DNA of 55,503 bases, the filler included, from Sphacelaria rigidula (taxonomy: Eukaryota), in assembly GCA_964200075.2 (NCBI GenBank). It is 5 parts of 5 records of this genome, joined end to end, with 100 filler letters (N's around TTAATTAATTAA, not from the genome) between each part and the next. Parts side by side here need not be neighbours in the genome. Positions count along the whole stretch, not along the records: positions 44,484 to 55,503 come from CAXNAA020005524.1; 4 more parts are not named here. One strand, written 5' to 3'. Under the pieces are notes generated by a model. The model saw only the letters and a program-made list of their open reading frames with translations. It searched no databases and had not been told where the DNA came from. Of this stretch, positions 47,601 through 55,503 are shown piece by piece. The translations under genes and the position numbers were made by a program. The number at the start of each line of letters is the position of its first letter. Positions within the stretch are counted from its first letter, which is position 1.

Positions 47601-49041
47601 TCAGAACGCCATTGGACAAAGATGTAGTCTTGCCAATCCACGTCATACGATAAGGAGACAGGATTGTGAGACGACAGACCCTCTCCTCAGTTTTCAATTT
47701 TATGCCCTGTTTTCCACAGAAAAACAGAGATAAAACGGCGATCTGTTGAGACGCGTTCAGTCGTCAGCATACACACCCCTGTCCTTCGACTAGAGGCTTT
47801 GTAGCTTACATCCCTCAAGGCTAACGCTTTCCCAGCATGAGTATTCCTGACGTAGATATGAGCTCGGCACGTTCGCCCGAAGACATAGATGACATCTTTA
47901 TTATTGCGACTCAAGATACGAATTGAGTCAAGATATGGCGTATCAAACGGGTGGTTCTCGAACCAGGTCCGCGAGATATCGCGTCTATGGGCATCGACCG
48001 TCTTTTCGGCCCACTCAATCGGCTCTTGGAGACGGGCGGCGCACCCAACCCCCAAATTGTTTCCCACTGGGATGGAGGCCCACTCGGGAGGTGGTACGGA
48101 AGCGGAGATAGCGCTTCGCCAGAAGCAGGCGTTGTGCCAGGCATTGATCAGATATATTTGGACATGCCACCAACACGGTAATCTGAAGGTATCTGGCAGC
48201 TTCGTCCGCCATTGAAAACCATTGGAGATGCCGCCAACACGACAACCTGAAGATATCTGGCAACGTCGTCATCCTCCCTCCTGAAGGGGTGCCCTCTGCC
48301 CCCGTACCGCCAAGCGCCGAGGGAGGGACTGCCGGACCGGGCGATCCCGCGGAGCACCAAAGCATCATGGGCGCTGGGTCTACTTCAGATTGCCGTGTTG
48401 GCGGCATCTCCAATGGTTTTCAATGGCGGACGAAGCTGCCAGATATTTTCAGATTGCCGTGTTGGCGGCATCCCCAAATATATCCGACCAGTGCCTGGCA
48501 CAACGCCTGCTTCTGGCGAAGCGCTATCTTCGCTTCCGTACCGCCTCCCGAGTGGACCTCCATCCCAGTGGGAAACAATTTGGGGGGGTTGGGTGCGTCG
48601 CCCGCCTCCAAGAGCCGATCGAGTGGGCCGAAAAGACGGTCGATGTCCATAGACGCGATATCTCGCGGACCTGGTTCGAGAACCACCCGTTTGATACGCC
48701 ATATCTTGACTCAATTCGTTTCTTGAGTCGCAATATTGAAGGTGTCATCTATGTCTTCGGGCAAACGTGCCAAGCTCATATCCACGTCGGGAGCACTCAT
48801 GCTGGGAAAGCGTTAGCCGTGAGGGATGTAAGCTACAAAGCCTCTAGTCGAAGGAAAGGGACGTGTATGCTGACGACTGAACGTGTCTCAACCGATCACC
48901 GTTTTTATCTCTGTTTTTCTGTGGGAAACAAACAGGGTATGAAATTGAAAACTAAGGAGAGGGTCTGTCGTCTCACAATCCTGTCTCCTTATCGTATGGC
49001 GTGGTTTGGCAAGATTACATCTTTGTCCAATGGCGTTTAGA
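47601..49041. mobile_element. Foldback / long-TIR non-autonomous element with ~650-bp inverted arms and a 130-bp spacer, flanked by TA
   Basis: The left arm 47601-48252 is the reverse complement of the right arm 48383-49041, roughly 90% identical by eye. TA lies at 47599-47600 and 49042-49043. The GC-rich spacer is 48253-48382. Confidence 0.85.
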
Positions 49042-49231
49042 TAATACACACTTATACAATAGTCATCATCGCTTGTTCCCATACCATGAATTTTCCGATA
49101 ATTATTTTCACCCTCCCAAGTGGTAAACTATAGTACTCTCGTCCCGCCCCAATTTTGTTCATACCCGAACATTCACAGCAGCAGTACAAGAGCTCAGGCA
49201 CTTTCCAGCGCAGATCAAACCGTGTACGTAG

Positions 49232-49495
49232 TACTTCACGTACTTTCCTCTTCGTTTCTTTTTTTTGTTTTCGGTCGGCCATTTCTTCCTGTGCTTTGCA
49301 TGTGTTGACTTTTTTTTTAATTACGTTTTTTTTGTAACGACTTAGTCTGCTATGTCGTTCTGTTTGACTAATTTTTTTTGTTCCTCCTTTTTTTCAGGGC
49401 GTGTTTAACTTTCGTTTTTTTGGGTACGTCTATCGTGAGATCACGGCTGGACCCCTGATGGTCAGTGACAGTGCGGCAATCAATCAATCAAATCA
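49232..49495 (+). mobile_element. Short retro-insertion (5'-truncated LINE/SINE 3' end) with (CAAT)n tail and 6-bp TSD
   Basis: TSD ACGTAG at 49226-49231 and 49496-49501. It interrupts a repeat whose uninterrupted copy is at ~46440-46600. Confidence 0.8.
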
Positions 49496-51192
49496 ACGTA
49501 GAAGGTTCAAATGCACCACAGCACAGCGACAACTACAGAATAGAAACGGGTGTGGGCAGCGCCTTGTTTGTTTTCCGGAAGACGGAACAGCCAACACATC
49601 ATGACGTGTTTCCACACCAGTGTCATCCATTTGACCGGGTGCCGATTTTGAACGCCCGATCACAGTCACTCTTAGCGCGAAATCATTTCACGACCTGGGC
49701 CAGTCTAGACACGGATTTAGCTCTCAAAGCAATATCTCGTCGACACGGACGAGTTGGGCCATGATCTGCATACTGTACTCATCGTCCAACCAAGGCGAAG
49801 GTGCCCATCTGCTCAAAAGTTTGGGCCCATATTTTCTCGTTGATTAAACCCCATGTCAAGTAATTACTATACCTAATGGAGATAGCGTCCATACTAAAAT
49901 CTCTATGAAACCCCCGATCGATGCATTCAGCGAATGGCGACGAATTTTGGTGTGGACATTCCCTGGAGCACGAGGAGACGATGGATACCCTCCCCTTCAC
50001 CTAATTCGTGATCTATCTCGAGATACGGCGCACATAAGTTTCCGTACTAAAATCAGTATCAGTATATTACGAGCAGATGCACTAGATGAACTAAACCTGG
50101 ATATCGCGTCTCAGTTTCTGAGAGTCATGTTATGAAATTTCGTATGGAGAACCGCTAGTGCATAGTAAGGTTTAAAAACACAGCTTTTTCAATCTTTTCG
50201 TTTTATTTTCACTTTCTTTCGGGTTTTGGGGCAGTTTTGAGGAGAAATGAACACTGCTTTTGGGCCTCATCTCAATTTTTTAGCTCAACTAGTAGAATTG
50301 TGGTTTGAAACTCAGGATAAAAAACCACAGAGGTATGCTGAAAAAAAAAAATGAGCCCTCAGTTTATTTTGGGGGGAGAGAGGTTCGGGCGTTCTAGTAA
50401 AAAAAATGCCTTTACCAGACTAAAACGCTCTAAACCAGTGAAAAATTAAAATAAATAAATCTGACCCACTTCGTTTCAATTATGCCCTAGCCACGGCCCA
50501 CACAAGGTTTCAATACACAAACACCAAACATGGGTCGGTAAGTGGCCTGCAAAATACTGTTCTGACTTCCTTCAGACTCCGTCACTAAACGGCCCATTGT
50601 ACGGTCAGTATTTAGATATGTACCCTGAAATTCCTAAATCATACAAAAAAATAATAATTAATTAATTAATTGGATGGATGGATGGATGGATGGTTGGTCA
50701 TTTGATTTATTTTTTTGAGCAAGGGAAAGACAATATGGTATAGGCAATGAATAGGGCAAAATAAAGAACAAATATCAGTGCACACGAGTTTTTTTGTTCA
50801 CAATAATCAGTTTTCAGGTATCAGTAAAATGCCTCTAACTCATGAAAAAGGACAAAAATAACTTGTGTGCCCTGGTATTTGTTTTTACCATGCCCTATTC
50901 ATTGTCCACACCAAATATCGGGGTGCAACTCCAACTATTGGCCGTACAATAGGCCTGCAAACGACAAATTCGCTTCTGGGCTGGCCCAGCTCGTAACGCT
51001 TAGACCGCAAGGGTAGGTCACCTGCTGAATCGGCATCACTTTTCAGTCGAAAAAAGTATGCGTGATCTAGATGGACTACCCGCACATGTAGGAGGAATGC
51101 CAAAAAATGCTGGAACTGTAGCTCCGTGCCAACTTACATGCAGCCAACCTCTTACTGAGAGCAACATTAATCGTGCAAGGCCATAACGCTGA

Positions 51193-52009
51193 GGGCGTGT
51201 CGTAGCACTGTTTTTTCGATCGAGAAAGTGCGGTCGATTTTTTTTTGCCGATCTGATACGTCCACCGCATTTATGCTCCTTGAAGGCTTCAACTCAAAAT
51301 TATAATGAGCGGCGCGCGGAGAAGAATGCAACGAGGTAAAAAACAATCGTTCCCGATCGAAAACATGCGATCGAAACGCACGAAGCGGCACTTGACTCCT
51401 ACCGTATAGACCACCACGCCAAATAATACCTCTTCACAGGAGCATGCAAACTCCATCCAACTCATTCTCAGCTACCACCGCAATCCTCCGGCATAGAGCA
51501 CGAGTTGAGCGCAGGGATAGATACACTACAGTAGTTAGGTGGGCTTTGTTTAGTTTTTGTTGGCAAAAACTTGCGCATCTTCTCTCATGGTAGGCATCAG
51601 GGACGGAACTGCGTGGTACGGTGGACAACCGAGTTGCGTGCACGCTCATGGACACCGCAGGCAGTACAAAGCTGCACGTTGCTGACGTCCTTTTCACGTC
51701 GCATTGCAAGCAGAGAGAACTGATAGTCCTGGGCTGTCTGCACCGCACGTTGCCCGCTTCTCCTTTATATCCTCCTGCACGAAACACGCACACACGCACT
51801 CAAGACATCCTGCTTGAAAGCAGTGCAGGCAGTACAGACTGCCTGTGCTGTACACGAGTGACAATGTACCGTTTCACTTTTCTCTGTCTTTTTCGATCGA
51901 AAGCTTGGAAGTCCATCCGGACCCAACTGCATCAAAACGAGAATTTTTCGCTCAAATCAATTCCACCGCCTCATTTTTTCGATCGAAAACGAAGTGCTAA
52001 GACAGGCCC
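51193..52009 (-). mobile_element. PIF/Harbinger (Tourist-like) MITE, copy 2
   Basis: TIRs are GGGCGTGTCGTAGCACTGTTTTTTCGATCGA and TCGATCGAAAACGAAGTGCTAAGACAGGCCC, with flanks TGA and TAA. Length 817 bp. The interior is a diverged inverted copy of 44675-45493; both give the spurious ORF text KRTSATCSFVL. Confidence 0.78.
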
Positions 52010-53529
52010 TAACCCTGACCCTAACCTTAACCCCCAACCCAACCGACCCAACTCATACCGGCAACTCAGGTGAGGGATGGTCTAGGCAAGTGTGCGTTGG
52101 CAGACCTTAATTCGGCGTCTGCGGCGTTTGGACGGAAACTTGCGTTTATTACAGGCAGCACAGCCGCACACATGCATAACAAGTATTAGGATCATACAGT
52201 CGATCCGTTCCTCACAGCTCACCTGTTGCTCACAGTAAGACCATCTTCATGCAAGGCAATAATGCTAATCCTGACACTGAACCCCAACTCACGGCATACC
52301 GACTCACTCGAGCAAGGACTGCTGTTGGCAAGCGTGTGTTGGCGGGCCTCAACTCGTGCCAAGTCGGTTCTTACGTTTGTCATTGCGCGGTGTGTTCCTA
52401 AGACCAAAAAAGCGTGAAGAGAAAAAGCGTCCAAATACAGGATGGTTGGTTGATCGCCAGTTGCGTCTGGAAGGAGCATGGTTGGTTGATCGCCAGTCAG
52501 GTCTGTGGTTGTGGCAACTATAATAGTCAGCATGCATGCTGGTTTGGGACGCTTGTTCCTCATCCCGCTCCATTTTTTGGTTTCGATAAGACATAGACTT
52601 ATCCAAGGGCGCACACGAGTCTGAAGGTGCATCACGGTGCACATGGAAATTGTGTGAGTCTGAAGTAGAGTTGCGGCCAATAGTCGCCATCTCGCTAATC
52701 GGCATAACCTGGATGAGACAGACTCACCCTGGCAAAATTACAACACCGCGTTGTGCTACTCAGGGAAATTCGCAACGATGTCACTAAAACAATATATCAC
52801 ATTGTATCGTGATGGACGGGGTAGTTGGTATCCAGGTGTTCAGTGTATGTCACTTAGTCTGAATGCGGAGTTCGACAGATGGGAATGAACAGGAGACGTG
52901 GATAAAGGTCAAAGATATTACAGGCAGTATAATACTCGTACAGACGGTAGCCGAAAAACCGTCTCTTTCATGACTGATCCTCGACAGAATTCGATCGCGC
53001 ACACCCGCCTCTTTTGCCACGTTGTACAAAGGGTACACATAGAGGCGGACCACAGGCGATCAAATCACGGATGGCAATCCGTGGGCCCATGTATGCAATA
53101 AATGTCTCCCATGTTCGCAGCGATATACCTGCTTTCCCATTCGGCTGAGATATGCGCGGATCGTGGTTTGTAGCGCCAGCTATCCGTGCTGATGTGGTAA
53201 CGTCTCGCTCAAGGACATCTACCCCCTCGTCAATGTTAAACCCAGTTCAGTTAATCCGTGTTACTCCCAGTTTAGTGTCACGTTTTTCACCACCACCCCA
53301 AAAATGAAGACGCGACGGAGTCAAATAAGTCAAAAGAGCACTATATCGCAAGTATGTTAACACACAGCTGTATCACGTATCTGGAGCTATGTCCTCAATG
53401 GAGTCTGGCTCAATTACACCGAGTCTAGCGCACAAACCAGCGATGAATACCCCTCAAACAAGTTGTTGCTATTTGTACAAGCGAAAAGGTCATTTTCCAA
53501 CAAACCCTCGGACACGCGATCGAAGATTA

Positions 53530-54757
53530 CAAGGGTAGGTCGAGTAGAGTATGTACTTTTGAGTACTCGAGTAAAATACTCAAGTATTTACTCTACTGGA
53601 CGTATGAGAAGGTCGAGTACGGCCTCAAATACTCTACTCAAATTTTGAGTACGTCGAGTACGGCCTCAAAATACTCTACTCAAATATTGAGTAAGCACTC
53701 TCAGCAATACTCGAGGATGATAGAGTATCACTTGAGTCTGACCTGGATACTCTACTCCAATTTTGAGCGCATTGAGTACGGCCTCAAAATACTCTACTCA
53801 AATTTTGAGTACGTTGAGTATGATCTCAAATTCTCTACTCAAAATTTTGAGTACGTCGAGTACGGCCTCATGTGCTCTACTCAATTTTCGAGTAGATCGA
53901 GTATGACCTCAAATACTCTACTCAAATATTGAGTAGGCACTCTCAGTAATACTTGAGTATAGACTACCCCTTGGGTATGGCGAGTACCCCTGACCGTCGG
54001 CGACTTAGTGGCGTCACTTTACAGACTATGTTGAATGCATGGGCGAACGATGGCCATATGAAAATAAAAAAAGCGTGCAGGTGAATGAACTTACTGTACC
54101 TGTCCCAGCGGACCATCTCAACAGCCCCCACCCACGGCAGTTCATACTCGATACCTCGCAACGCCTTCGATATTACTTTCAGTACAAAGCGCTACTCATA
54201 ATTATTATGGCGGAATAATCGAATAGACGAGTAGTCGAGTAGGTACGATCAAAATGAGCGACTCTACTGGCCACATATGTGACTCGCAGCGATGGAAACA
54301 GTGCAAGACGGGAAAACATCGCAACAGTCGCCAGAGGAAGACGTTGAAGTTTTAGGTTTTGGTACATCGGGCAGTGGTCAGATCCAGGAAAATGACTATT
54401 TTTCGAGTTTTTTTTTTTTTCCATCCTTCTTCTTTATTAGGCTTGTGCTTGGATCCTACAATCGCTTGGATTTTTTTCACACTCTGCAAGTGGACGCCAC
54501 TCTAGTGTATGTGCGGGGCGACTCTACTCAAATATTGAGTAAGCACACTCAGTAATACTTGAGTATAGAGTATCGCTTGAGTATGATCTCGATACTCTAC
54601 TCAAATTATGAGTACGTTGAGTATGACCTCAAATACTCTACTCAAATTATGAGTACGTTGAGTATGATCTCAAATACTCTACTCAAACTTCGAGTACTAA
54701 AAGTATTACTCTTCAAAAATACCGAGTATTGAGTATACTCTACTCGACCTACCCTTG
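53530..54757. mobile_element. hAT-type non-autonomous element with internal ~39-bp tandem repeats
   Basis: Perfect TIR CAAGGGTAGGTCGAGTAGAGTAT / ATACTCTACTCGACCTACCCTTG. Perfect 8-bp TSD GAAGATTA (53522-53529, 54758-54765). Arrays of GTCGAGTACGGCCTCAAATACTCTACTCAAATTTTGAGTAC-like units lie at ~53610-53960 and ~54520-54700. Confidence 0.92.
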
Positions 54758-55372
54758 GAAGATTATTGCGGACACTGTATAGATGCCTGCAAGCCGAAAC
54801 TCCAAAGGTAGGTACAAATAGCCACTAGCCGTCGTTCAAGATCAAGATCGCATTGATCAACCCTCGGAATAGGTAAGAATTATTTGTAGTATATATTACT
54901 TTCACTTCACCTCAATATTTTTATTTACAGCGGAGGTCTGCGCCGCCAGAACGTAAAGCCGTTGGTAGATCTGCGTTTTGGCTACACAGAGCAAATTAAG
55001 TTATATCTGCATCTGCTGTGCGCATTGAGATATCGCCATCTGGGTGCAGGGTGTTGGAACATGTGGAGTGCGGTGTAAAAGCGCGTCAAATCGTACGTGG
55101 TATATCTTTTGGTGGTATCCAAAATGAGCAGGTGGTAGTTCCGCCGCGTTCAAGTGGTTTTCATCCATGATGACTGGGTATCTTCACCCGTAGTCATACA
55201 TGCAAACGTGAACGCAGCTCGCCAATGGGAAAGATGTGACAGACACGTGCATGCAATTGTCGTTAGGGTGGCGCGTCAAGCATGCTCAGGGGATGGCTGC
55301 GCAAGATGTACTGCACCACACACACACGGTGTCGACTCCTTCTAACAGCAAATTGTGCAAATTGAGGTTTAA

Positions 55373-55470
55373 CCCTTTGACCGCGAGATTAGTCTTTCTT
55401 GACCATGCATACTTTTTTTCACTTGAAATTGATGCCGATTCTACAGAAGACTAACCCCGCGGTCTAAGGG
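55373..55470. mobile_element. 98-bp piggyBac-type MITE
   Basis: TTAA|CCCTTTGACCGCGAGATTAGTCTT ... AAGACTAACCCCGCGGTCTAAGGG|TTAA, a 24-bp TIR with 21/24 match. A degenerate inverted relative lies at ~50995-51085. Confidence 0.8.
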
Positions 55471-55503
55471 TTAACTCTGAGATGAGGCTCAAGTGGGCAA
55501 CCC

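Noticed and set aside
48390..49040. 216-aa ORF as a protein-coding gene, with mirror ORFs at 47687-48413
   Set aside because: It lies entirely in a foldback arm, is frameshifted in the other arm, and has no recognisable motif or splice context.
53610..54700. CRISPR-like array of ~39-bp palindromic repeats
   Set aside because: The units are head-to-tail without unique spacers, lie inside a hAT element with a TSD, and there are no cas genes.

Overview
Eukaryotic genomic DNA. The long introns, GC-rich low-complexity exons, poly-G/C tracts and repeat content suggest a brown alga or other stramenopile such as Ectocarpus; this is an inference. The window is not one locus. It holds five contigs of almost identical length (1-11023, 11124-22143, 22244-33263, 33364-44383, 44484-55503) joined by identical 100-bp N44-TTAATTAATTAA-N44 linkers, which looks like size-sorted unplaced contigs. 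Three partial spliced genes can be rebuilt with phase-consistent GT-AG exons: an Ig-fold/ASH-like protein with Gly/Ser-rich inserts (contig 1), a probable ARM/HEAT-like protein (contig 3), and a C2 plus uDENN/cDENN Rab-GEF-like protein (contig 4). The rest is mostly transposon-derived. It includes a degenerate near full-length RTE-clade LINE, a second LINE fragment, a tRNA-derived SINE and short retro-insertions with TSDs. Non-autonomous DNA elements include hAT-type (8-bp TSD), PIF/Harbinger-type (TNA TSD), a 98-bp piggyBac-type (TTAA) and CAC...GTG elements. The most striking structure is a 1.44-kb foldback with about 650-bp arms. I see no CRISPR array, rRNA or other prokaryote-type system, and I cannot support a wholly new biological system from the sequence alone.
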